Source of the DNA: Magallana gigas
Lineage: Eukaryota
Direction: 5' to 3'
Assembly (NCBI RefSeq): GCF_963853765.1
Contig: NC_088861.1
Coordinates: 19,778,001-19,842,000 of the forward strand
DNA: 64,000 nt
In this document: positions 36,791 through 49,800 of the stretch, piece after piece
How positions within the stretch are numbered: position 1 is the first letter of the stretch
How the letters are laid out: each line of letters begins with the position of its first letter
Notes under the pieces: generated by a model
The model's input: the letters and a program-made list of their open reading frames with translations, nothing else
Told to the model about the DNA's origin: nothing
The model's database searches: none
Made by a program: the position numbers and the translations under genes

Positions 36791-39691
36791 GCTTATAATG
36801 TCGGCAAAGCATCAGAGAGCGATCAATTTTTGTAAGCAGCAACAAAAGCAAAAATATGTCTGTCTAGTAGGAAAAAGTTCAACAGCTTCTGCCTTGAATT
36901 TTGCAACAAGCGTTGTATTTTCAATCCCCATTTCTTCAATGCGCAGCAAAGTAGTTCATGGAAATTCATGCGCATTGTATGTGTCCAAAATGCATAGTCT
37001 TGTTTTTAAAACACTTTATCATTAAGAAAACTAAAAAAGATGCAAACACTTTTGACAAAACGTGGCTCTTTGTGTAAATATTTGGTAAAGCGGAAGCTTT
37101 GACTTTGACGCTGTTTAGTTTTTTGTTTACTTTGTGCTATTTATAGTAACATTGGCGATTTGCCTGCCTACAGCCAGGACTCTGCTTTCAGCAGAGCCCG
37201 CCTAAAAAGGGATAAATGACAAATTCATTAATTCTTACACTTATGAATTGGCAGTAAAAATTCACTCATTTCCAGAATAAAGTTTTGGTGAATAGTAAAG
37301 TAGTAGAACGCTCATACAAAAATAATTTTCAATTTCCAATTCAATGCACTTTTCTTTAAAAAGAGGACAGGTTTCAGACAAATATATTTTTAAAAATAAT
37401 TCCAAGCACTGCCACAATTTGCAAAATGCTAACAAAATCTTTAGATGTTGTTAAACACTAAACATGATTGGAACTGTGTTAACACTAAAATGTTTAACTT
37501 TGCAAACACTTAAATACTTGTGCACCTTGCAAACATTATAGAATGCTTGAGACTTTGTCAACACTAAAAAAACTTGATATATTGTAAACACTTAAAAATG
37601 TTCAAATTTGTAAACACTGAAAATACTTTGAACTTTGTATAAACTTCTTCATCAGTCTGTATAAACATACCGTGGAGCATCCAGCCTGGAGGGAGTTGTT
37701 GCCTCATACAGGAGACATTGTTGTAGCACAAGATGGCGGCATCAAGGGCGTTAACTCCTTCCCAGGGAAACTCAGCAGCATGAGCCTCTACTCCAGTGAA
37801 ATGCATAGTTACTCTATCAAATAAATTATATGATATCAAATCAATACTGTGTAATAGTTTATTCTCACTTCATTCTAATATATTGTATTTTTACTAGTTG
37901 AATCACACTTGATAACGTATTTACTCCGTTTCAAATTTGTTTGACAGTTGTGTTTGAAGATGTAAGACTGTAATACCGTATAAAACTTACCATTTTGTAT
38001 TGTTCAAAAATTAAATTTACCAAATTGCAATGAACATGATGAAATGGGTGAAAATTAAAGTGAGAGAAAAGTTTCTCAAATAGAGTACTTATAATTACAG
38101 ATATTACATACCCCCTCCCCCCTTTTGTTTTTAACTTCACGCAATTTTTTCATCTACATTAATCTGAATTTGACAGTTCATGCACTCACTCTGATATGGC
38201 AACATAATTTGGTCTGGATATGTAGTACTGAGAGGGATGGGCGGTCATTGCAAAATCGACATCTTTGAATACTTGTGCTTTGATGAAGGAAAGCTTCCCT
38301 CCCCTCTGTTCCTCGGCCGGGGTGCCCAGCAAACTGACCTACAGCAATGGAAAAGCAGATTAGAACAACAGGTTTTAAAAATGGCATAAAAGTCCATTGT
38401 CAGTTAACAAGAAATTGTGTAAGCTTAACAATGTCTTTTTGTTTGAATATTCTACTGTATACATGGTTATATTCTCCCCATGTTATTTTCACCCTTCTTC
38501 AATCTTCACTTGCAAACAGTGTTGCCCTGTCTTGAATTCGCCCAGACAGAGTTGTGTTTAAAAAGAGATAGTTTAAGCCAATGCAATTTGTCCAGTCTTT
38601 AATTTGCTCATAGACAAGGAGGGCGAAAGGGGCAAATATTTCCCTGTACACAGAATGTATACCAGTAGCATTGCTTTCAATATCAGGGAAAGTGTCAAAA
38701 AGATATGTATATATAGCAATCAATGATACTAATGCATTGTGCTAATGATAACAAATACTGAACTACTACAATAATGATATAATATAGCAGCAAAACATTG
38801 TCAGTGATCAAGCCCCTCCCCCCCCCCCCCCCAACCCCCCAATAATATATGATGAATTGTAAAGGAAACTACGCATGACTACAACTTGATACTCTGCTTG
38901 CACTTGATGCTTTACGTCAAGTATATGTAGTACACTTATAAATGTACTCACTCATGATAAAAAATGCTTCCTGTTCTATATTTATATTTTACAGAGTGTT
39001 TCATATCAAATAATCATATTTTGTTACATTTAATCCACACTTCAGCATGACATCATAGTTCTCCTTATCTTACTGCACTGCTCTCAATGACTACCTACCT
39101 TTCTGAAAAAAAAAATTGCTTTTCCAATGTCTTTCAAATAAAACATATACGGTACATATATTTATACATGTACATGATGCATGTATATATTGGCTCATAA
39201 TAAAAAAAAACCAGGAAAAATTTAGGCAAGACTGGCCTAGCAGTTTATATGGAAAATTTGGCAAGTAATCTGGGGATTGATATTGTTATAGCATGCACTA
39301 AATCAATTTTCCTCACCTTCCCGAAAGGTTGACCAGCTGCTTCAAAACATGCTTTAAGTGCAATCGCAATAGCCACACCGGACTCTACAATGAGATTGTG
39401 GCCACTAGCATGTCCTATTTCAGGCAGGGCATCATATTCCGTTAAAAGCGCCACATGTGGTCCCTTGGTTTTGTCACCACACACTGCTCTGAAGCCTGTG
39501 GGAAGAATAAACTTCCTGTCCACCTGTGGAAACTTGTACTTATCCAAGATCTCAGTGACAGCGTCGTGAGCTTTGAATTCCTCGTGAGCGAGCTCAGGAT
39601 TGGACCAAATGAAGAGACTCAATTTCGCTAGATCTTCTGCTGCTTGGTCTATTGCTTCACATGCTACTTCCTTCAGTTTCTCAATATCCAT
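35470..39691 (-). CDS. PM20D2: M20D amidohydrolase, PM20D2/ACY1L2-like, paralogue 1 (397 aa; HASGH instead of HACGH)
   Basis: join(39317-39691,38190-38338,37671-37813,36417-36571,35951-36194,35470-35597) = 1194 nt, open, GT-AG. Motifs [47 protein letters not shown]. Acceptor at 39720-39721 implies an upstream non-coding exon. Confidence 0.92.
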
Positions 39692-41115
39692 ATTAGTTTT
39701 CTATCAAAATGGAATTTCTCTGAAATTATAGAAATAAAAATACCATCCAAATTGGCTAGCTAATAAAAATCATTGGTCATAAATCTATTATATTATATAC
39801 TGGTTGAAATATTTAAGGTACATGTACTAGAAAGTTTTCAATGTTTTTAATAAAAATCAATTCTATAATTGTCATGGGTTATTGAAATATTGACTCTTTA
39901 AAGATTTAACAGGTATAAAAAAAGGCCCCATTTCCATGAATATATTACAGGAACTAGTCAATAGGCTTAAATTGACCTCAAAGTCGAATACGCATAGAGC
40001 TATAAGTCGAAGGCAGGTTTTCACAATTTATTGATTAAGTGATTTAAATTAACTATGAAATATAAACAATAATCAAATAAAATAAAGTCAAATAGAACAG
40101 GATAAAAATAATTATTTCTTAAAATGCCAAATGAGTCAGAATGAATTTAGCTCAAAGTTGCTTAGTCTTACTGACCGACTGGTGGACAATCAACTAGATA
40201 GTCAGTATGAGGACTTAAGCAACGTACATGAGGTACATGTAGTGGCCAAAAGTTTCTGACTGAATTGAATAAATTTCTATTAACTGTATTTATAATCTAA
40301 AAGATAATTAATGATAATAACTCAGATAGCTTAAAGAAAACTCAGAACAATTATATAGACTAATTGGGGATAATTAGTAAAGCAGACTGACCCTAGCTAA
40401 TTACTTGTCATTTGGCATGAGTAAACTCTTAAACACGAAATGACACACTATGACACATCATGTACATGTAACCTTTAAAAAGCACAAGGATCATGATCAA
40501 AATTTTTAATATATAAAGAATTAAACACTTACAATATCAGTGCAAAATAACAATCCCCATTTGAAAACTTTCGATGCTTTTAATATTGATTACATAGTGT
40601 AAATGGATATTGTATAACAATTTTAAAGACTTACAAATCCATTTTGAAAAACTCCCCCAATGTTCATTAAGTTCTTACAAAAATTCCTTGACATGATCAA
40701 AATACAAGGTCTATGAACTTTTTATGGCTCTATCATGCTTCTGTAATTGTATGCAGCAATGAATTGATTCATATTTTAGACTGATCAATAATATTTTTTT
40801 TGGTCAGTCAGACTTTGTGTGGTATATTGTTGTCCACAAATTTAAATAATTAAAACACTGCACCACAGGCCAGCAACCTCTGCTAATGACATGTATGTAT
40901 CAAGTTAGCTTCAATAGTCCAATCCACACTATGAAGAGTCAGCCAAATGTCAAAACGCCTTGTTGTTACCCTCATAATAATTATCACCTCCCCCACTCTG
41001 TGTAGTGGGAATACATGGTTACCCCCCCCCCCCCTTTTTGTTTTAACAATTTAATTAATTCAAAACAATATGTAATTGATTGTGCCAAGTTAACTTCATT
41101 CAGGTGTCTATTTAA

Positions 41116-41442
41116 GGTGGTATGGGACACATCCATGTTATGACGTACAGTATTTATCGAAATAGACAATAAAATCAAGTGTTATTTTATGATTATTTTT
41201 TTTCCCCAAAATTTTCACCTAACATTGTAGTGCATTGTGTAAGAAGCATATTGACAAATCTGTAAGTTATGAGTTTGAATGATCAATCCCATTTGAAAAT
41301 TTTTACCTTTCCAGGAATTTTTAAAACATATTTTTTTTTGTTATTGTAAAATTTGGAAATTTTAAAACTGGTGAGAGTATTTTGATTATAATGTACATTG
41401 TACTTATATCCACATTATTATTGACAAATATTTCATACCACC
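41116..41442. mobile_element. TTAA-flanked MITE family K2 (older copy)
   Basis: ttaa|ggtggtatg ... cataccacc|ttaa. Homologous to 16042-16348. Confidence 0.8.
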
Positions 41443-42126
41443 TTAACTAGCTGCCGAAATCACCCACAGTGCCGAACTTACTTTTCCTACAGGTGCCGAA
41501 ATTCACCTGGTGCCGAATTAACATGTACTCATCCATTTAACATTTTGAACACCAGTACAGGATAAAGGGAGATTTTTCTAACCTGCTTTTATCGCTATTT
41601 AGAATATTTATGTAATCAAAATATTAAAAATAATTTGATCATAACAATAACCATTTAAAAAACAGAACATAATGACTATTAAAATACCACATTACCTGTC
41701 ACTAGTCACTCCTCCGGCAGAACTAAAAGGTATGACTAAATGAAGAAGATTTCGGTGCTGGGAAAAGGGACACGACATGTGTGTATTTTTAGAGATACAA
41801 CATTGATGTGTTTTTATTGTAAAACTTTAAATGACAAAATTCACTATTTAAAATTAATCACATGTTCACGTAGACACTAGACAACTGATCTTAGAGAAAT
41901 TATGTATTTTTTTTTTTTTTTTAAATTTAAATTGGTTTCTGTATTACTATAACGTTAAGCTATACTGTATTATAATAATATACATGTATATGTTTGCATG
42001 AAAAAGGAGTAAAATACTTGTATTAATACATGATTACGTTTCTCGGTAAATGTTTATTTTGTGTTTGTTACATGTATATATTATAATCATAAATCACATA
42101 TATGTTTTCACGTTAAATAGACTGAC

Positions 42127-42476
42127 CCTATTTTCGTTTTTGTTTCCTCCTTTTCGATCGACTGCTTTGTAAAGATTGTTGTATGGAAAAAAACCCAGCC
42201 TTTTATTCCAAGTTACGTAATTGCTCGTGAGCTGTATGACCTTTAAACTCAATGATTTACAGTTTTTCTATAAATCGATAATCTTTCAATGCGAGTGTTC
42301 AATAGGTCATTCGCCGGGTTCTACTGAGGATGATCCGGAAAATTGCAGTTCAACCAAGCTGATTCGTCAAAGCGCCATAGCCCGGCGTGAACCCGTCTTC
42401 TAATATTATGTTATCGTCTGCTTGCTGTTCCAACTCTTGAAAGAAAGGATTTTCGGCAGGGCTTTTCGGGAAAAAT
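42127..42476. promoter_or_regulatory. Candidate bidirectional promoter / non-coding first exons of both PM20D2 paralogues
   Basis: CpG-rich patch between divergent genes, bounded by a minus-strand donor (G|GTCAGT after 42127) and a plus-strand donor (T|GTAGGT after 42476). Both first coding exons have acceptors just upstream of the ATG (39720-21, 43954-55). Confidence 0.5.
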
Positions 42477-42810
42477 GTAGGTTGTGTTTACAATTAATTT
42501 CTTCAAAGTTTTTTCATCATTAATTATTATCATAGGCCTAAATTGTTGAATGGGAAAATTTCCAAGATATCCCTTTTGACACATTGTCATTTTTCATCGT
42601 TTCAGAGGAAAAATCTAGGAAATTTTTCATACTTTTGAATAAACATCGTTTGAATCCTGAACATGCTGATGTATTATAGTATAATGAATATCGAGATATG
42701 AAGCAAAATGTGAATTGAGTAAATTGAGGATATCTTAGGACAGAGTATAGTACACACAGTACAGATGTACATGTATTTGATCAACCTCAAAATTTATTGT
42801 GGGAATTATA

Positions 42811-42965
42811 CTGGTGTGCATTGCGTGCAACCAGTTTTTGCCATGTACCATTTCTCGCCAGTGCATTGTTACATCATTTTATCAACACATTAAATCATAT
42901 GCGAAAAATGACGTAACAATGCACTGTAGAGAAATGGTACTTGGCGAGAACTGGTCGCACGCCAG
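42811..42965. mobile_element. Palindromic MITE (ctggcgtgcgaccagttctcgcc family)
   Basis: Inverted arms caaccagtttttgccatgtaccatttctc...gagaaatggtacttggcgagaactggtcgca. Second copy at 43484-43712. Confidence 0.75.
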
Positions 42966-42987
42966 AAGCGCAAGATAACAGTGATGT

Positions 42988-43229
42988 TAAAACCATTTTA
43001 ACAAGAGCTTGGACTTTGGGTAGTTGTGTCGAACGGCAATGTGATGCAGAACCGCTGGCTACTCAGCCATGTCTCTTTGAAATCAACAAGATTTGTCTCG
43101 CTTTTGAGCTCAGACTACACAATCGGTGCATATTTTGCTTGAAATCGCGTCATTTTTAACTTGTTTTGACGCCAAAAATAGATAGCTATGCCCTATTAAA
43201 AGTCCAAGGTCTTGTTAAAACTGGTTCTA
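42988..43229 (+). mobile_element. MITE, same family as 4130-4326
   Basis: aaccattttaacaagagcttggactttggg ... aaagtccaaggtcttgttaaaactggttcta. Confidence 0.8.
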
Positions 43230-43483
43230 TGTTAAAATATATATGGAAATCATTTGTTTATGTATTTCAACTCGATACGAAGGAATGGAAGCATGTAAAA
43301 AGTCACTTGAGTCTCACCAAAGCTTGTGCAATACTCAAAACGTGTCTTTAAACCTCTAGGAACTGTGAATTAAATGTGAGCGAGTTATTGTGGGATGCTG
43401 TCAAAAAAAAATTATTGATAAATCTGTAGGTTTAGCTCGTTTTTTTTTAGTGCGCTGGTTCTTTGAGCTGGCTTTGATCGCTA

Positions 43484-43712
43484 CTGGCATGCGACCAGTT
43501 CTCGCGGAGGACCATTTCTTGCCTGTGTATTGTAACATCATTTTTGGTATATAATTTTATGTGTTGATAAAATAATGTAACAATGCACTGGCGAGAAATG
43601 GTACTCGGCGAGAACTGGTCGCACGCCAGTTTAATTTTAATATGTGTTGATAAAATGACATAACAATGCGCTGGCAAAAAATGGTACTTGGCGAGAACTG
43701 ACCGCACGCCAG
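43484..43712. mobile_element. Palindromic MITE, TA-flanked, with duplicated right arm
   Basis: ta|ctggcatgcgaccagttctcgc ... gcgagaactgaccgcacgccag|ta. The right arm occurs twice. Confidence 0.8.
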
Positions 43713-43976
43713 TAGCATAAGACAGTAGACTAAATTTGAAATGCAGAGAACATTAACTAAGATGATAACATTAATGCTTAACCGAGGTCCTAGTCAAATA
43801 ATTAATACTGCAGCTAGTAGCTACCCACAAATTTACCTCCCAAAGTCTTTTAAGAACCTTTAGAAATCTACAAAAAACTGCCCCCCCCCCCCCCAAAAAA
43901 AAAAAACCAGTTTTCCCTATCATCATTTATCATATTTTCTATGTTTTGTTTTCAGTGAAGGGATCAATTTCCAAAA

Positions 43977-46392
43977 ATGGATGTACAGAAGTTACGTGAT
44001 GTAGCATGTGCAGAAATCGACAGAAACGCAGAAGATTTGGCGGCACTCAGCAATGTACTCTGGACCAACCCAGAGCTAGCCCTAGAGGAATTTATAGCAC
44101 ACGATGCACTAACAACATTCTTAGACAAGCAAGATTTTGATCAAGTAGAGAAAAACTTTGTGTTGCCAACAGGATTCCGCGCTGTATTTGGGGACAAAAG
44201 TAAGGGTCCCCATGTGGCTATTATGAGTGAATTTGATGCCCTACCTGACATAGGGCATGCTTGTGGACATAATCTCATTTCTGAGGTGGGCGTGGCAGCC
44301 GCTCTTGGGGTCAAGGCTGCACTCAAATCTGTGGATGTGCCATTTGGACAGGTAGGACTTGGAAAAGCTAGTAATACTAAACCAACTTTTATTTGTGAGC
44401 CAGAAATTTTCGTGAGGTTTGCAAGAGCCAAGTTCTTCTTTTGTAAGATTTTAATGATTTTAATTGTGAGAATTAGTCATCGCAAACCAATTTATCACCA
44501 CTTAAGTGCTAAATAATATCATCACAAATAAAAGTTGGTTTTAATTCAAGTTATGGTAAATCCTCAGTTTGATTACCTTTGATTTGAACTGATTTAAAAC
44601 CAGGTCATTTGTTTCATACATTTACTAAAACTTTAAACAAATGTAATGCTTTTACTTCCCAAAAGAACCATAGTAAGTATCCAAAACGTTCCTTCTTGCA
44701 TTATATTCTCATGTAATGGTATAGCTATACAGGTTTCGATGTTACATGTACCAAGATGTTACACTGAAAAAGTTCAAGAAATACAGTACAGCTCACGAGT
44801 ATCCCGACACCCACCGTGTAAAAAACACGGTGGAAAACGGTCTGTGTCGCACCGTGCACACGGTGTGACACCGTGTATGTGTATTGGAAAATTCAAGAAA
44901 AAGCACCGTGTCGCACCGTGGCCGCCTGTGTAACTCCGTGGCCACTGTGTTACTCCGTGGATATCGTTACCTGAGACGTTGATAGAAAAAGCGGATGTTT
45001 AGAAATAAAGAAATTATGGCTAAACAAGGGTTGAAACATATATATCCTTTTCACATTTAAAAAAAAAGAATGTCGATTAAGTTGCACGGACCCAGAAAAT
45101 TGTCGAGGCTGTCAACGTGAAGTTACTTTTTTGTGATCTGAAAACTCGACGTAAATGGGTACCTTTTAATTCATTTGTACTTAAATAAATTGAAATAAAT
45201 TCATTAAAAATATTTAATAATCAATAATATATAATCAAAATTCAAATCAATTTAATTCATCTTGTTTTTTTTTTCTAAACACACGTGATGTTGTAACTGA
45301 CGATCCCATTAAAATGTCGAGAGCTTAAACGTCTTATTTCTGTTATCTTTAAACACTTTCTGATTGATCAATTAATTTACAGCCTTACTTTAAACCAATT
45401 AAAAATGAGAAATGAAAACATTTCAGATCATGTTTTTCTAAAAACATGTGCTGTTGATGTGCTGTGGTAAATAACAACCCCATATTACCGGTGACTCGAA
45501 TAATTTGGACTTGGCAACTATTTATGTTGCAATGAATAAACAAAAAATCACTTTTATATTATAGATTAAGGATAAATACGTATTACATGAACAAACTCTT
45601 GTTAAATTATATTCAAGCATTGTACATGTATTAAAAATATACCCGCATTTCATAAAATAATTTTCAACTTTATTTCCGTATAGCTGGTAATGGCCTCGTG
45701 ATTTCACATGAAAAAAATCACTCGTGCGATGTACGGAAGCTGATCAGATACACAGCATTGTCTTTCATCTTGAGTTCTATACACAACAGGTGTTATTGTC
45801 TGTCTTGTTAGGTGTCATTGGAATTTACAACTAACTTTGTGTATATTTGGACGTCTGAACAGGTGTACTCGAGATGCCGTTATTCACACCTTTCCGCGAA
45901 CACCTGTTTGGTAACTCATCACAACCCGTCGTGTGTATGGTCTGAATATATCTTACTTCTATTTTGTTAGTTCAATGATTTTTCCTAATCTCTAACAAAC
46001 AAACAAAATTGTCTGTAGATATGTACACAAACAACTCCACGTAAGACTATCGGCGCGTGGATCCGGGGAACAATTCAGCAACTCTATAAATGCGGGAATT
46101 TCAAAGTATTAACTTGCGATAAGAAATTATTTAATGGGTAAACATACATGTATGTACACAAAAAACCTGATTGATTAAAAAGATGAATGAGATAATACCG
46201 GTTACTTTTTGCAAGCATTTAGAACACACAACTTTATGGATGTGAAATAGCGTCGAAAAATCTTATTACATCGTGAACTTTACAAACTTTTAGTCATTGT
46301 GTTGAAATCGTTATTAAAACCATGGATCTAAAATAAATGAATTAAATTCATACAAATAGAACTCTGATAATTCTAAAATGATTGCACAAAAG

Positions 46393-46458
<66 letters not shown>

Positions 46459-46773
46459 ACAACGCAATATTCCAACCCTCATACATGCAGTATAAGAATA
46501 AAGAAACTAAACATTTCAAACACTGAATACTTCATTGTTAAACATTTTTCTATTTTGCGGACTTAAAAAAACGATAGAACGGCATTTTTCCATATCATGG
46601 AAGGAGCACGTGGTCTATCTCGCGGGCTGATTTGATTGACAGGGATAGCACGTGGACCCTGACTGCATATATTCTATCGCAATTTTAGGTAAAAGGGTTC
46701 AATATAATTGAAACTATAAATCTAACTTATTACACTGAATTACAAGTAAAATGTACTTAAACTCATACTGGTA

Positions 46774-46842
<69 letters not shown>

Positions 46843-49800
46843 ATGACGATCATTAAACAATCAAACAGTAATCATTGCAATACTGAGTAAACTGTAGTTT
46901 CTTGGAACACAAATAATTTCTAAACTCAAGTTGCTATAAAGATGAAATAAAAAAATATCAAGTACCGATCCACCGATTCTTAGCGCTATGAATATGTACC
47001 GTGCGGTACTACATGGACAAGTACATCACACATATGTATAAAAGAAAGAAAATCTGAAAATATATTCCATATAAAGCTGTATAATTAATATTACTTAGAG
47101 AAAGTACATTTGTTTTCGATTTGTTATCGTTGAATAGTGAGAAAAGATCACAGTTATGGTTCTATGCACTATTGAAACTGCCAAACTACAGTAACTACAA
47201 TTACTATACTACGTTTAAAAACGGACTGAAACAAAAACTTATGAAACCGTTTATTTGAATGTTAAAAAGGAAAAGTAAGTGTTAGTGTTTTAATTGATCA
47301 AACATTTATGTGGGCGATATCGATTTTTAATATCAACTAAAATCAACCGTAACAATCACATACGTCTGAAAATTGCGTGCCTAAAAATTTTATTTATTTC
47401 TATTTCTTTGTTTTTTTCTTTAATGCTCTTACGTACATCAATAAATATTTCATTCTTTATAAGTTTTATTCCTAAATCCTCCTTTTTTCACAGGTAAATA
47501 CCGCGTGTTACACCGTGTTACTGTCAGTGTTGCATCGCGTTGCACCGTGTCGCACCGTGTTTTTTCTCGTTCCGTGGCCGTAACAGAGAACAATAGATCA
47601 AAGGTACCGACACTTCCACGCTCAGCGTGGACTTTCAAACACGGTGGTCGGTGTTTTTGTCGGGATACTCGTGAGCTGTACTGTATTGTCATAACGCCTT
47701 GTGTTAGGATTTAGGCATGTCTGTCTTAGTACCGGTACTTCATTGCTCCCTTATATATGTGTGTGAGCTTGTCAATGTGAAGAATTTTTTTTAGGTTGGA
47801 GAATGTTACCATGCTTACCGTCTTGCCACGCACTTTCACACCATACTGAGACTTCAGATCTAGCCCCATGCAACGTTTTCCTTTTTCCAAAACTCAAAAA
47901 ATTCCTATTTCAGAAGGTCTTTGTTATTTTGTGTCTCAGAGGTTTACCTAATCAGTGTACTGTGACAAATTTCAGAAATGGATTCAGAGATTAAAATTAT
48001 GTTTATTAATAAGCTGCAGAGAATTCTTTGAGTGGATGTAAGATAAATTCATTCCACTATTTGAGTCAAATGCTGGAATTGAAATATCATGGAATACCCA
48101 TTATATATCGAACAACCTCTTATACGATAGTATACAGGGTATATAACGTGACGTTGTTATAAACAAACAGCTTAATTATTGAGATCACTGGTCTTCCTCT
48201 CTCATTTCCTCTCTCTCTCTCTTTCTTTTTTTGTCTCCTTTTTGGTGATAGAAATTTTTTTGTTTGTGTAGGTGAGTTTACTGGGGACCCCAGCAGAGGA
48301 GGAGCACGGGGGAAAGATTGACTTCATCAAAGCGGGCGTGTTCAAGGATGTGGATGCTGCCATGATGGCCCACCCTGCCCAGTATGAGGTGCTCCGACCA
48401 AACTATGTGGCCATCTCCGAGTAAGACATCTTACAACTTCTAGCTTTGGTCAAATTGATTTGTTTTTAGGTCACCCGAGTCACTCAGGTGATCTATTGCT
48501 ATCCATTTTTGCCAGCGTTATATGTCGTTCATCAGTTTTAAATTTTTAAACATTTTTAGCTTCATCTTTTCTTTTGGCATATATATAGCATCTATGGGTG
48601 AAGGGAAGCAAAAATTTGGAAATTCATGACCCCTGACCCCTGGGGTGGGGCTAAAACCATCAAAATTAATGTGATCTTTAAAAGTCCTTCTCTTTACTCC
48701 TGGACATCAAGCAGTCAAACTGCTGGCTTTATTGTTTTAAGCATTGAGCTCTAATTGCCCCAGGGTCAGGGGTTCTTGTGCTAGCTAGGGTGGGGCTCTA
48801 ATGATTATGTAGTAAAAATGCATTAACTCTTTGAAAATAATCTCCTTTGCTCCTGAATATTAAGCAGATGAACTACAAGTACATAGTTATGATGAAGAAG
48901 GGTGCCTCTTCCAAAATAGTGAATTTCATGGGCCCTGGGTCAGGGGTTCTAGTGTTATTGTTTTGTTAATGCACTAAATGCATGTAATAAAAAATAAAAA
49001 TATTGTCTTGAAAAATTGTGCAAACACCAGAATCCCTGATCCAGAGGCCATTAAAATCAAAACTTCAGAAGAGGCCTCTTCTAAAGTTGAGATTTTAATT
49101 GCCTCTAGATCAGGGATTTTGGTGTTTGCACAATTTTTCAAGACGAGATTTTTATTTTTCATTAATATCCACTGCACTATAAGGCTAAGAGAATTTCATT
49201 AACCTTGTAATAATGATAAGCAGCATCGAAATGTTTTCGCTGACTCTGAAAAGTGTTACACACCAGGAACCTCTATGTCAGGGTTGTCTCTAAGACCCGG
49301 GAGGCGGGGAATTCCCCCCCTATAATGCCTTAATTACCCGGCTTTTATTATAATTCCGGAATTCCCCCCCTATAATGCCTTAATTACCCGGCTTTTATTG
49401 CATTTCAAACACAATGTACATTGGAGCTATAAGCAAGACCCCCAGACCTCCCTGCTACTTTTTTATTTCCTCCTTCTACTTCAATTTTTAGACACAACCC
49501 TGCTATGTACTGGTCTTGGGCATAATGCAGAAATTAAAATCAAGTTTTTTTTTTAGAAAAAAAACTTGTTTTTGGGTGCTGTTCTTGCAGATAAAAGTAA
49601 ACAAATGCATATGCAACCATGTTCATTATATATATATACATGTACCAGTAGGTAAGTTATTGTAGAAGGAATGTAGTAAGCACTTTCCCATTACAGTTCA
49701 TTGAAAAGCAAAAAAGGATTGCAATTGATTCACAGAGGAGGTACTCCAATGAATTCGGAGTTAGATACATGCATCTTGTATCATATTATACTGCATCATT

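Noticed and set aside
44141-44431. Antisense or alternative-frame ORFs over real exons (also 35976, 49980, 51201, 51238, 56494, 56560, 56783, 59023, 59257)
   Set aside because: Shadows of the PM20D2 and GPCR coding sequences.
48974-49202. Two near-identical ORFs on opposite strands
   Set aside because: Mirror products of the 166-bp palindrome.
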